A stretch of 63,469 nucleotides of DNA, counting the filler, from Collodictyon triciliatum (taxonomy: Eukaryota): the NCBI GenBank assembly GCA_043381765.1. It is 12 parts of 12 records of this genome, joined end to end, with 100 filler letters (N's around TTAATTAATTAA, not from the genome) between each part and the next. Parts side by side here need not be neighbours in the genome. Positions count along the whole stretch, not along the records: positions 23,924 to 29,800 come from JBHJMP010004867.1; positions 29,901 to 35,775 come from JBHJMP010004870.1; positions 35,876 to 41,750 come from JBHJMP010004871.1; 9 more parts are not named here. One strand, written 5' to 3'. Position numbers and translations under genes: made by a program. Positions 24,664-38,199 of this stretch are shown here, in pieces. Numbering within the stretch: position 1 is the stretch's first letter; each line of letters begins with the position of its first letter. The notes beneath the pieces are model-generated. The model saw only the letters and a program-made list of their open reading frames with translations, made no database searches and had not been told where the DNA came from.

Positions 24664-27600
24664 TCACCGAGATTCAAAGTCTAACTGCCTCCATCTCATA
24701 TTCATGGGAAGCTGGCTCAAGGCTTCATCCAGGCTCGAATAATCAGCACATGTTTTTTCAGATTCCAGATGAATTGCTGATTCCACGTGCTGTCGATAGG
24801 GTGTATTGTTAAACTTTTGACAAAGTATGAAAAAATTAAGCGATTGCAAAGGATGAGAAAACGTTATGAGATTATTCATAGGAGGCCTCATACAGCAATT
24901 ATTTTCATAACATTAATAGAAAAAACCTCTTCGTAAGCTTCATATGAAATTCTACAATACTCGCAATATCCGGCCTTCTTCTAAAACATTAACCCCGCCA
25001 TATTTTTGTGTATGAATTTGTGAGAATCGGTATATTGTAGCTATTTTCGATGCAATATTAATGTTTCGTTCATGAGTACAAAAGAGTATTTGTTGATCAC
25101 CATAAAAGAATCATTTTATAAAGGAAATAGATTATGAAACCCCAACCTTCTTGGGTAGCGAATGAAAGACCTTTTATGAAAAGAATGACAATTACTATTT
25201 GCGAGCTTTAAACGATATCTTCATAAAGGAAATCATGCCACAAATATCACTCATGTAAAAAAAAAAAAAAACTTGCAAGATATTGGCTATGAACCAAGAG
25301 TTTTTTTGGTAAAATGAATTCTGTTCATTCATAATAAGTGGAAGAAAAATGCTCACTGGATTTGAAGCTGCTTTTAAATTTTCTGATATTATGGGAGGGT
25401 CCGTTTTAGATACATATGGTTGCATCCTTGCAAGTAGGGGAAGAGTAACGTCCTCAGGTTTGAACTTTTTTTACGAGGTTACAGATAAGATTTTGAGTAC
25501 TTGGTTGTTCATAATCAGGATATACATAAAAATGAACTTCGTTAGAACACAAGTGCAAAAGGACGATGAATGGTAATATGTACCAAAGAAAATATAAAAT
25601 GAATTATTTGTTTCTGTTTACAAATTAAGTAAACTGGGATACACCAACCTCAAATCGAAGGGTTCTCCATTTACCATCGATGTCATGTATTGACATGTGG
25701 ACATTTCCCTGGCCTTGTATAGATTCTGTGCCCTTCCCTTCTATACTGTTTGTTTTCTTTTCTTCATGTTTCTCGACTTTCTCGTACTGTTTAGATACCC
25801 AAGTAATGAACTCTATGAGAAGGGTGAAAAGAATTTCATATAAAAAACCAACCTTAATATAAAGTAAAGGTGCTTTTAGATTTAAAAAAAACTAGCCTTG
25901 CATATGAATTAAAAATGATGAACAAATTCTACTTTATTCAAAACTATTTTGGATTAGCAAACTTTTCTAGATTAAATAGTCACTCACCCTGCAAGAGAAT
26001 GACTTTAACTCCTCTTTTACGGGCCAACTCGATAGGGTCTTCTTGTGGCTTTGGTGGGTCCTACATAAGTGTAGATTTAAAAAAAATTGCCTAATTCTTG
26101 AGCAATTTCTATTCGTTTCTATAAATCAAAATCATAATTACTACCATGCCTCATTTTCTATCCAATCAAATATCAATAAATTTTAATTGGTTTCTATTAG
26201 TTTAATTTTGATGGAAAAATGCTTCTTTTTCTTTTTATTGCTCAACCTTCGACGATGACGCCATCAAAAGTCGAGCACCTCTTCTTGACTTCAATATAAA
26301 AAATCGTCAGAATTATACTAATGTACCGTTGATATTGCCTACATCATTATTATTATCTGTATTGGTTGGAAGAAAATTACCCAGAGAGGCGATTGGTGGG
26401 CCGTCTGTAGAGAAGAGGCATCATACTCTAATTGTTTTCTAGCAACAAAACAAACCACAAAAAAAAAGGCAACATTCATCCATCAATAATAGGTGAATAG
26501 GATTTAGTATGCGCTTGAATCATGGTGCTACTTAATAATCACAAATAGTATTAAAAAATGGACTCGTCTCTTAAAATCGCATAAGAAATAAATGATGTGA
26601 TGGCAAAACCGCCTCATCATCGATTGGCCTGCAACAGTCCCCATGTCACGAGTGCAGGTTGACATTGCAATAATTAATTCATATGCCTTTAATCGAATTT
26701 TATAGTCACCTTTTCCTGCTGTCGAGCGGGCTATTTGTTAGAGCTGGCGTTGTTTGAGGGGCGGAGTGTTCCTTCTTCGCATAAGTTGGGGTGACGATAT
26801 GGGTTACCTCCGCAGAAAGGAACGGAGAGTAATGCATTTGTAAATATCCCTTTATTATGCCGATTATGAGCGATATGTTTCAGGGCTTTAATGATTGATT
26901 CGATAAACAAGATATAGGACGGTATAATGTGCAGGTTGGACAAAACTTTACAGAACAAACGAACAGACGGTAAAGGAGGCGGGAATGGTGGTGTGCATAT
27001 TGAAAAAGGAAATACTCTGGTCTCCATTTAAACATATTAACTGTTGCGTGATAATCATTAATAAAGAAAAATGAAAGAAAAATATCTGATATATATCTCT
27101 GTGACTCTACAAACCCGCTCTGTCAGGTGATCCATCTTCCGCTTGGCCTTCTCAATCAACGGGCTCATCAGGTCTGTTTCGTGGAAAAACAGAACATACT
27201 TTTGTGTGCCGCCTTTGGATTTCTGGCTGACCTTCGGGTCCATGCGCAACTGTGGACAACAAAGAGCTGCAAGTGGGCTGCCGAGTCTTCTCTTGGAGGG
27301 GTAAGAATGCTTCTTTCTGGGTGGCGCTTGATTTCATTCTCCGCAGCCAAAACCCACACAAAGCCCTTGTTGTCTGGCAGTATACAGTATATATTTTACC
27401 GTATTATTTCTTTAGATGGTATCATTGAGACAATTTGTTCGCCAGGCGTTTTCAGAACCCATTTTTCCAACTAAGGAATCAGTTGGTTTGGTCGACTGTG
27501 TGAAAAAACACTGAAGCATCAATGATTATAGCACGCTTATGGAATGTTCCAGCAATTCCTCCGGCGCAACCAATCAAAAAATCCCGCCTGCCTCTGTGCC

Positions 27601-27746
27601 TCTCGTGTGGTTTCTTTCTGTATGGAAGCGGCTGCGAACTGCGAAGATTTTCTTTGGCCGCGCGATGTTGTGGGAAGCAGCAGTCGTAGGCGATCATGCC
27701 TTTTCTTCTGTGCTGGGAAGCCGCCTTTGATCACATCGACTTTCAT
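24664..27746 (-). CDS. DBF4: DBF4/ASK-like CDC7 kinase activator; start uncertain
   Basis: zf-DBF motif KKAGYCEYCRISYEAYEE|HVESAIH; motif-N end DPIELARKRGVKVI; motif-M-like MSIHDIDGKWRTL. Confidence 0.8.
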
Positions 27747-28326
27747 AAGCTCCTTTATAGCAGCAGTCCAACAGAGATTCGTCTCTTTTTCTTTTTCTTC
27801 TTTTCTTTTTCTTTTTCTTTTTCTGTTTCGTTTTCTTTTTTTCTTCTTTTTTCTTCTTTTTTCTTCTTTTTTCTTCTTTTTTCTTCTTTTATCTTCTTTT
27901 ATCTTCTTTTCTTTTTCAATTTCTTTTCTTTTTCAATTTCTTTTCTTTTTTCTTTGCGCTCTGTATTATGGAAATTACTAATAGTTTTTAACACGCTCCT
28001 TGAAGATGTCCACCCAAGGAGCACACACAGCAGCCCCGAGACCCAAGTCCGATCAAGAGACACGCAAGTAAGCACCTAATTTCCCGTAGCCCGTCTCCCG
28101 CCAGAAGAGATTGCTCACTTAACATTTTGGCGGCCACCAGCCGATCTTTTAGAAGATGAATAGCATCAACATTTATATACACATATAATATAATTCTTCT
28201 GCTTACTAACTCATGGGAAAAAAATAATGGCCATTCGTAAAGCACCGAATCTGCACACTCAAACGTTGCGCCCGAGCGCCCCCAGACACAGTCTGGTGAC
28301 GACCCCAACAGGTGTCTTCAAACTCC

Positions 28327-28513
28327 TTATTTTCGTTTTCTTATTTTCGTCTTCTTATTTTCGTCTTCTTATTTTCGTCTTCTTATTTTCGTCTTCTTAT
28401 TTTCGTCTTCTTATTTTCGTCTTCTTATTTTCGTCTTCTTATTTTCGTCTTCTTATTTACTTTTACTTTTACTTTTACTTTTACTTTTACTTTTACTTTT
28501 ACTTTTACTTTTA
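28327..28513. repeat. 14-mer (TTATTTTCGTCTTC)n followed by (TTTTAC)n
   Basis: Direct inspection. Confidence 0.93.
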
Positions 28514-29756
28514 CGTTTTCTGTCCATTCTTCATTGCCCGACTAGCTGGACGCCGCATCATAGCAAAACCTGCTTTTTTTTCAATTTTTTTTTTATTTTC
28601 TTGTTTTCTGCTAAAAAAAAAATCATAACATCAACGTGCGAGTCGCATTACTTGATCAAACTTCTGACGTATATTCGTGCAACACCCAATAGCCGAGGGC
28701 GAAAAGGACGACCGAATAGCGCACACGCTCGCCAAGTAGATGACGCATGGGACAAACGCACCTCTGGTTTATGAGTGCAGAGAAACTCGCACGGAAAGCA
28801 CCTTTGAGAAGCGCTGTCCAGCAGAACCCGATGGACCCATCGCTGTCAGGAGTGTTTGTGAAGCAAGAAGCTGAGTCTGCTGGGATATTGAGGAAGGCTT
28901 GCTGTTTTGTTTTGGATTCTGAATGCACTATTTTCCCTTTTAAAGAATCATGATTTTTTTTTCTCTTTCGCTCTGCTGTTCTTTCTCTTCTTATCTCTCC
29001 GCTATGGACAAATCTTGCTTTGATCCTTTTCTCCAATTTTCTTCCCCCTCCTTTAAAAGAGTATTCTACTTTGAACAAGAAATATAAGAAAAAACAAAGA
29101 TCCACCTGCTTTCATTTGCTATTTTTTTTTTCTCTGCTTTCACTCCTGGACATGATAAGGATTCCGATGGTCGTGGTTGAGTCTCCTCTATAAATCCCAA
29201 GTACAATATTTCTCGACCCCTTTTTACCTGCTTGCGTGGCAGTGCCCTTTAGTTTTTTTCGGGCCACTCTCCAGTTTTTCTTGCTTTTTCTTTTTTTTTT
29301 CCTGCTTTTCGATACCCAAATGCGGCCTACCACACACCCCTCGCGTATTCAAGCGTGCGCGACGAACCAATCGATATTTACACGTACATAACATTGATAA
29401 ATCTGAGATATACTGAAATTTATAGTTAATATGGGCGTTTGTTGGTAGGCAATAATTCACGAGGAGATAATCGATAAATTCCACAAACAAAAAGCCAAAG
29501 CGCTCGCCGTTGTAACGGCTTCTTTTCACCAAAGGGAACAAAAGCGAAGCAGGAGAATCACACCAAAACGCACTCGCTTCGGATGGCAGCCCGATCGACA
29601 CCCGAATCGTAGAAGACACACGAAGAAAAAAGCAACAGAGAGGAGGGAGCCAGACTGTCATGTTTAGTGTCGATCCCATCTAGCTGCGTCTTAAGTATGG
29701 AAGTGTGCGCGTCGTATTTTCTCTATGAAAGGCTCTCTGAAAAGCGGCCTCCTCTC

Positions 29757-29800
<44 letters not shown>

Positions 29801-30163
29801 NNNNNNNNNNNNNNNNNNNNNNNNNNNNNNNNNNNNNNNNNNNNTTAATTAATTAANNNNNNNNNNNNNNNNNNNNNNNNNNNNNNNNNNNNNNNNNNNN
29901 ACAAAACAAAAACAAAACAAAACAAAACAAAACAAAACAAAACAAAACAAAACAAAACAAAACAAAACAAAACAAAACAAAACAAAACAAAACAAAACAG
30001 ATCAACAATAAGGAATAGTTTAGGGAAAAAAGCGATAAAAAATACTTTTATCTCAAAAAAACCAAGGGGCTATCCCTTGGCCCCACTATCGATATGCTCT
30101 GCCCTACCGACTCAGTTCTAATGGCAACCTCTGCACATTCCAGCGACAAGGACGCAGCTCTAC

Positions 30164-30391
30164 ATGTTCGAACTGATCCGGGGCCTACTGATTGTGCTAC
30201 TCTTTGCAATAATGCACACGCTGGTTCAGAGGTATGTCATCGAGCCGATTTACTACCCGAGTCGCTCCAGCGGGGTTTGGGAGTCCCACATCCAAAAGAC
30301 AGCCGATCTTCTCTGCAAGGATGCCCAGTGCAGAGACATTGTGCGCAAGCATATCTACACCCAGCACATTGAACCAAACATGAACGCATGA
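30164..30391 (+). CDS. Small 75-aa single-pass membrane or secreted protein of unknown function
   Basis: ATG-TGA ORF with C/G-rich third positions in AT-rich surroundings; hydrophobic LIRGLLIVLLFAIMHTLV. Confidence 0.55.
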   Translation: MFELIRGLLIVLLFAIMHTLVQRYVIEPIYYPSRSSGVWESHIQKTADLLCKDAQCRDIVRKHIYTQHIEPNMNA

Positions 30392-30936
30392 TAAACAAAA
30401 CTCGAAGATAGACTGGGGTTTGTGGCTGTCTGATGGTTGTGATGATGATGGTGGTCTGTCTCCTATGGGCTCAGAGGGCAGATGTTGGTTTGGTGGGTTG
30501 GTTGATTCATGAGTGCGGTGAATGATTGTGAGACTGGTTGGAGGAAACAAACAAAAAAGAAAAAGAAAAAAGAAAAAAAAAGGAAAAAGGAAAAGAAAAA
30601 AAAAAAGAAAAGCTTTCAAGTACGAGGAGATGAAAAAGTGTCCGGGGCATAATGTTTTTTTTTCTCCCTTTCAAAGAGGCAAGTCGACTTTGAGACGAAA
30701 CAAAACATGCCAGGAGTCTACGTCGATCAATAAAAGGTTGTTTCCACAAAGAGCAAGACAGGCTGGGCTGAACCATGAACCATGGAGCCCAACGGAGAGG
30801 AGGGAGAGTATAGGAAAGGAGAGTCTGTGAGGACCATCTATAATGTGTATCATCGGTATTCAGCCACTTTGCACTTTTCTCCCGCTCTTTCGTCCTCTCT
30901 CTTTGCCTCTTTCGCACACGTACGTTTCGTCGGGGG

Positions 30937-32815
30937 TTATGACCAGAAAAAGTTGAAGAGGGCTTTTTTCCCGGCTTCCATGACCTGAATTGCAAATGAT
31001 TCATTAGCAATGAAAAATAAAAAGAAGCAAATAGTAGTCGTCCGAACCAAGGGACGATAAACTATTCAATAATCACACCGTCACGGAGCATGGGGCACAA
31101 AGACACTACTTCAAATAAAATAATGGCTCAACAGGCCAAAAGAGTTAAAACACTTACACTCCAGCTTCCCTGAGCATTATCATTCCCAACGTTTTGAACT
31201 GGGGTGGAGAGAACTTCATCTATGGGATTGGGAATTGGAGAAATGAGGAATCTTAAGAGCGTGCCAAATTTCGACATACCGCAATTAATCAGTGAGAAAA
31301 GAAACGAAAAGAAACGAAAAGAAACGAAAAGAAACGAAAAGAAACGAAAAGAAACGAAAAGAAACGAAAAGAAACGAAAAGAAACGAAAAGAAACGAAAA
31401 GAAACGAAAAGAAACGAAAAGAAACGAAAAGAAACGAAAAGAAACGAAAAGAAACGAAAAGAAACGAAAAGAAACGAAAAGAAACGAAAAGAAACGAAAA
31501 GAAACGAAAAGAAACGAGAAGAAACGAAAACCCCCATAATTCATACTATTTCAATTCACTTGGGTCATGATGTGGCTAAAGCGGGTATCGCATGGAAAAC
31601 TCAAAATGAACTTTACCTTGTTCAACAAGCTCAGTTTGGTCAGTAGTCATGCCGACCATGGACCTAAGCTCGTCGTTCTATAGAAAAATTGATTGATTTC
31701 AGAGTGGACGGAACGTGAAGTTGCACATATGGGGATTACGTCAAACACTTGAGCACAGCATATACATAAACAAACAATCCAAAGTTTAATTAAAGCGACA
31801 GTTCGTTATAAAGTGTTTGTAGCACATGTTAAAATAAAAGTCAAAACACTACAAACAACATACCTCGTGCCGAACTCGCTTTAACTTTTCAATAACATCC
31901 ATTCTCTTCTGGGCCTCAAACTTGAGCATTGATTTCACTAGTATGTATAGTCTTTTCTTCAGGAGGATAGAGCTTTTGATTGGTTGTGGATAAAAATGCC
32001 ATATTTAACAAATATTCCAACGCAAAGGAGAGGACTCAACATACATTCTTTCTTTTCTTCCTCCAGGCGCGTTCTTTCAACCATCATCTTTTGGTTCTCT
32101 TGGCGTTGGGCATTCAACTCCTACATTTTTTGTCGGTTTGTTTTATAATATTTTTTTATTTCAAATGAAGCTAATGCTAATAATAAAAAAGAATAGATAA
32201 CAACTCACAAAATGGCATGCTGATGTGTGATCATAGCAATGTAAAACAGTCTCATCACAACCAAGACATAAATCACAAGAGTTACCGATGCTATGTCCTT
32301 CATGTCTTTCTGAATATGATCTTTTTCCAGACACTCATTACGATACATCATCTTCAGTTGATTTAGTTCCTGAGTTAGCTTCTTCAGCCTGTCATCCAAC
32401 TACAAAAAGGGCATTGGCATATTTAATAAACGTTATTATGTACGACCAGCTACTTGATTCGTTTTTTAAATTAAATTAAATTAAATTAAATAACATAGAG
32501 TGCCATCATGGATTGTGCTATTACACCAAAGGCATAACGTATATTGCAAAAATGAATGGTGTGTATAACCTCGGCTCGGTCTCGCAGAGCTTGAGCAAGT
32601 TTTGCCTCTGCTGATTTCTTTGCACTGGCCTCAATTTGTGCCCTTAGCTCAGCTTGACGGTAGTCTGCTTCCAGTAGTCTATTGGTTTTTTCGAGTCCAA
32701 CCCTGGTATCTGTCTCTGCCTCAAGTTTCTTTTGTACCATGTCGAGCTAATGGACATGTTACACCCACATATTTAAAGTTACAGAAATAAAGCAAAACCA
32801 AAAATAAACAATAAA

Positions 32816-32884
<69 letters not shown>

Positions 32885-35680
32885 ATAATAGGCATGTTCG
32901 CAGCTTTTTTTATATATATATTTTTGCAGAGAAGATCATCGAATGAGGATTTACTTTTTTCTGCAGCAAACTAAACATCGCGTTTGCATCTTCAAGAATA
33001 CCTGATGCATTTATGATTTTTATTATTTATTTAGTGCGCAAATGAATGAATTTTATATTCGGAGTGCTATTGCAATTCAATATTCAAGCCTTAAGGTAAC
33101 CTACCAGTCGAAGATGGTTCTGCCACAGGAGATTCTGATTTTGCGGGTGCAGAACTTGCTTGAGGAGATTTTCCTGATTTCGACTGCACGCGGCGCTTAC
33201 TGGTTGAAGATGAGATTTTACGAGTGGAAACTGATGGCGTGTTTGGTAGCGATGAGTTTGGCGCTTCAGGTTGGGTCTGTGGTTGCGCGGGAGGTGGTGC
33301 ACTCAAGTGCGATTCTTCTGATTCAGTGTCGGCTGTGTCCGATGTTCGTGTGCCTGTTGCTTGCTGGCGGAGCTGTTCGACCAAACGGTTCTTTTCAGCT
33401 TCAAGAGCGAGGCGCTAATTAATTAATTAATTTATTATTATTATTAAAACAAAACCAAACAAACAAACAAACAAACAAACAAACAGAAAAATCAGAAGAT
33501 AAACTCCACTATTAAAATAAAATTAGTGTATATCAATTCAGTTAATTTTTTTTAAAGTACTATACCGAATTAATTTCAGCTTGCAATCTTTCATGCATCA
33601 TAGATAGTTGATTCTCGAGCTTTTTGGCTTCTTGTGCCTATTGTTGTAATTTTATGGGAGTTTAATAGATTTAAGGTGGTAGATAGATGATGTTTTTCAA
33701 ACAGGAAAGGTATTGGGGTCGGGGTTAATAAGGTCCGTCAAAAGACTCGGGGGTGGGGGGTTTCTATAAAAATTTAGTACCTCCTTCAACTGGGCTAGAT
33801 AGGAACGACGAATTTTGATCATTCGAATGACAGATTGAATGTAAACAGCCGCTTTTCGATATCGCACATATTCTTTTCTTTCCACATAACCTCGAAAAGT
33901 TTTCTATATATTTTAAAGAGAACATGAGGTAGATGAATTATGAGAAACTGTCCTAAACTATGAATAATCAAGAGATAACATGAAAGTGTGTAAACAAAAC
34001 AAACATTAAACTTGAAATAAGAGAGCATATTACAAACATATAAACATATAAACATAGAAACATAGAAACTAAATAGTTGTTAAATTCGAGAATGAGATAA
34101 ACCATGCTTCTTGAATGAACATATAAATAAAATATATACTAGTAATTACAATGTAAGCACCTGAATAAGGATGGCTCTATGATTACGTCTCATTCTATTG
34201 ACAACTTTCTTTGCCAATAACGTTCTACACATTTTCTATTGAGTAAAAACTCTATTATTGAAAAGAAAAATAGATTCGAGAAACACCAATTGAAGATAAT
34301 AGAAATATATTTGGCGAGGCATACCTGAATAATAACAACAGAGCGTAAAATTCTCTTAAACTTAACAAACTTTTGGTGTCCACGAACAATTGACTAAGTA
34401 ATTAAATTTCAGCAAGAATACTCCAAATGAAAAAAAAAATACCCGATATAAAAAATGCCTTCTCAAACAGAAATTAATATAATGATAAAAAGGAATTGTG
34501 ATGATTCATATCATAAGATTCAACGATAGATACCTGAGCCAAAATAATGCTCTTTCTGATATGCTTGTATTTTTTCACCTGTACACGAACAAAAAAAAAT
34601 AAAAAAAATAAGAGCTTTGGAATAGATAGACCTTGAGAAGTTGCGTAAATTTAGTGTTAGCTGAAACGACGACATGTAAAATCTTCGAGATTACCATTAT
34701 CCATCTACGAGCATATTTTTGGAGCACAATAACGATGACAGCCAGCTTTTTGTTTCTCTCCTATTGCGATCGAAGGATTAAAATTAAATCAAACCGTCTT
34801 ACAGATATATCACATAAAAACTATAGATTGGTGTAAGAATCAAGCGATTTTGTCAAGACCTTTTCTAACTCTTCCAAGCAGCCATACTTGAAGTAGATGC
34901 GTGTGACTCCAACTTGATACATTGTGGAATCATGAAAATATTTTTCAAGGATGAACTTCATATACCTATGAATTACATATACGAATCAATATGCGAACAA
35001 ATCAGATATTGTTCATTGAAAATAAATTATCCGATCCAATTCATTTGTAAGTGATTATGAAAAACCTGAGCCTATCGGCCTCTGTTTTTCTGGAGCTGTT
35101 GTTCCCTGCGTGGCATTTGTACTTAGACTTTCATCACCACTTTGAATAAATATATCATTTCAAATCAGGGTTCACACTACCCAAAATAATGAACTTTTCC
35201 AAGAACTCGTTATGATGAAGCCTGTTTGGGTATGCCGCGCGACTGCAGAAAAAAAAAAGTATTTGCAAATAGTTCTTAAAATTTCTGTAGATATTTTTTC
35301 CTTAAAGTAAGATATAAACTAAACTACAATAAAACGTGTTCCAAATTTTTTGTTTTTTGTTTTGCAGGTAACCTGATCCGAATAGCTTCCAAAACACCAG
35401 CATATCGGAGTTGGTGAGACACATAAACGTTCTAGAATGAGAAGGTTACGCAATCATGAATAAATATTTGCGAGAGGAGAGATAACAAAGGTATAGAACA
35501 AGGAAAAATTTTTTATTTTAAAATGATAAAATTCACAAACCATGAATATATTCGGCTTATTTTGGGTATTTGGTTTAATACAACGAACATAATTAACAGA
35601 TGTTGATTGGATTGTTGTCATGAGCGAGGATAACTGATGCTTGAATTGATTTCCGAGAAAATGGTCTTTAACACTAGCTA
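30937..35680 (-). CDS. Myosin heavy chain (3' part of motor, about 6 IQ motifs, coiled-coil tail); 5' truncated
   Basis: YVRCIKPN, QLRYAGVLEAIRI|SRAAYPNR, YQVGVTRIYFK; IQ repeats (LQKYARRW, IQ|KTFRGY, IQSVIRM); coiled coil; spliced end GSWS|VMEAGKKALFNFFWS*. Confidence 0.93.
31297..31529. repeat. 10-mer tandem repeat (AAAAGAAACG)n
   Basis: About 23 near-perfect copies in a myosin intron. Confidence 0.95.
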
Positions 35681-36064
35681 AACAACATCAAAATAATGAT
35701 TATTATCCATAGGACGCTGAAATTTCGATTATATATCTCGCTACTGTAAAAAAAGAAAGAAAAAAAAAAAAAAGGNNNNNNNNNNNNNNNNNNNNNNNNN
35801 NNNNNNNNNNNNNNNNNNNTTAATTAATTAANNNNNNNNNNNNNNNNNNNNNNNNNNNNNNNNNNNNNNNNNNNNAACAAAAAACAAAAAACAAAAAAAA
35901 ACAAAAAAACAATAAAACAAAAAAACAAAAAACAAAAAAACAAAAAAATAAAAACAAAAAAACAAAAAACAAAAAAACAAAAAAATAAAAACAAAAAAAC
36001 AAAAAAACATAAAAAGGACTAATAAAAAGTAGAGAGCAGCCGTCCAACCTTTCGAAAAGTAACG

Positions 36065-36795
36065 ATGTCTGTCATGGAGCACAGCGCACGCCCACGGCGA
36101 CACAGCGAGCGACTGGCCTTCTGCGGATGGGTCGGGACGTATTTCTTTGCAGTGATTTACATCGCGTGGATGTGCGGGAGGGATTTTGAAGTGGACTTTG
36201 CACCTTTTGCAAATATCACAGACTCTGATGGCAACAGAGACTCCGCGTTTGGGGCGCAGACAAGGCAGATTGTGACAGTGAGCCTTTTGCCGAGTGCCGA
36301 GTGGGCTCTTTTATTGCCTGCGTATCTGTGTGTGGCAGTCGTTGCGGTTGTGCTTATACATGCCGGCTGGGGCTTCACACAAACGGCGCCTTTGGATTCG
36401 AGCCAGATATACATGGGTATGAAGATTGAATACTTGATTGAATACTTGATTGAATACTTGATTGAATACTTGATTGAATGATTGAATGATTGAATGCTTG
36501 ATTGAATACTTGATTGAATACTTGATTGAATACTTGATTGAATACTTGATTGAATACTTGATTGAATACTTGATTGAATACTTGATTGAATGATTGAATG
36601 ATTGATTGATTGAATGATTTCAATTGTTAAGATGATAAAAGTCGCCAAAAGTACAAGTCGAAGCAGGCTTCAGAAGAGTCGAAGGTTCCTTTGATTGAAG
36701 ATTTGCCTGTGCTTTACACGTCTTGGCTTCTGCACACAAATCGAGAATTTGCGTATGATAAATATTGCAAAGATTCAACTCAAGATAAAGAATAA
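36065..36795 (+). CDS. PIGP: GPI-GlcNAc transferase subunit P (PIG-P/Gpi19), 2 exons
   Basis: Exons 36065-36416 and 36632-36795; two TM helices, LPSAEWALLLPAYL, TAPLDS...D, VPLIEDLP. Confidence 0.88.
36424..36617. repeat. 12-mer (ATTGAATACTTG)n intronic minisatellite
   Basis: Fills nearly the whole PIG-P intron. Confidence 0.95.
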
Positions 36796-37129
36796 AATAT
36801 ATGTAAGTGAAGAATTGCTTCTTTTTTTCTCATGACTTGAATATTTTCTTCGCTTAAACTATGCCGTTAGTTTGAGATAGGTGTTTCTTGATTGATCCTA
36901 CTTCCAAGTCATTACAAAAAAATTTTATTCACGTTGGTAACTTATTAAAAGATGACAAGAGGAAAGGCTTCCGTAGTGAATTCATCCTCGAAGTAGTGTG
37001 TATTGTAAGACTGTTTTCCTTATCATCCCTTCGCTGACGCTTGGACTTTCAGTAATCCTCTGTCTTGCAGTTCTCCAGTGTTGTTTAAGATTCATTTGAG
37101 CGATTGAATCGAATAAAGGAAAAAAAGGT

Positions 37130-37572
37130 TCATATGAGCGCTGCAGTTGCATTTTCTTGCTTTTTCCTCTACTTTTCATTTATGTGTTGCTCTTTTTCTG
37201 AATAAAACAAGTAAATAGACGTAATTTTCACTCTCAATTGTCGAACTTTCTGCTGGTCTTCTTTTCTCCTCCTCTCAACCGCATCCCGATTATATTTGTC
37301 TTGGATTGAAAAGCAGAATGACGATAGTTGAGAGAGCGCACATAAGAAAGAAAGAACAAATATTTGGTAAAATATATATATATATAAAACAACTTTGGGG
37401 TTATGCACCCCTTCCTTCAAAATAGAAGGAAATGAACTTGACCTCTTTCAGGCTGCTCGTGTCCTTGGTTCAGGCCTTCTTTGTCAGAAGAGTGTTTGTG
37501 TCCATCCTGCGGACTGTGGATGTTTTCTCTGTCGACTGCGCCAGATTTCCCAATCGGCTTCTTCGTGGACAT
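37130..37572 (-). CDS. Possible small spliced gene for a charged/coiled-coil protein
   Basis: MSTKKPIGKSGAVD...PER|DKYNRDAVERRRKEDQQKVRQLR|RKKQENATAALI* can be spliced with GT-AG sites; no recognised domain. Confidence 0.35.
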
Positions 37573-38199
37573 ATGTTACCAAAAAAATTTTGAAATGAGA
37601 ATGTCCCAATATTTGAATGTACGCGTGCAAATATATTCCACTAAAATAATCTTTTCTAGAGCGCGGATCAACAATTAATTATTTTCTTTATCTACATATC
37701 AAAATGAGCAGAATATAATGTCACTTGGCACCAACCACAAAAAAATTGCTGTGATTGCAATAACTAGAAAAAACAAACGGCGAATAGCGAGCGGTTGGCT
37801 TTTGCTGTCATTTTGTATGTTTACATTATTTATTTTTTTTGGCTTCATTTCAAACCTTCATTGAGAGAAAACAAAGCCGAGGAAACCGCTTCGCCTCTAG
37901 GACAAAAATGAGCTGTGGACAAGACAGTGGAAAACCCCGGATTATGTGGTTAGAGTTTTTGTGTTTTGGGTGAAGAGAAAAAGAAAAGAAAAAAGAAAAA
38001 AGAAAAAAGAAAATAGAAAGGAGAGAAAGTGTTCTCACACGCAGACTATTCTACCTGAGGTGAATCAGTTCCAACGCGATTTCTGGTTGTATTCGAGATT
38101 GACAGAAGAGCGGATAAAGTTGTCGGGTCGATGAAAGTGCGCGCATTGCAGTTACTTCTCAAATCGATTCCGACGAATCCTTTCAACCGTCTATCTCAG

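Noticed and set aside
27988-29700. ORFs upstream of DBF4
   Set aside because: No recognisable domain or consistent splice model could be built; left uncalled.
31297-31529. Regular short repeats as a CRISPR-like array or repeat protein ORFs (KRNEKKRKET; poly-L/I/N/F ORFs elsewhere)
   Set aside because: Head-to-tail microsatellites with no spacers, mostly inside introns or at contig ends; the ORFs are by-products.
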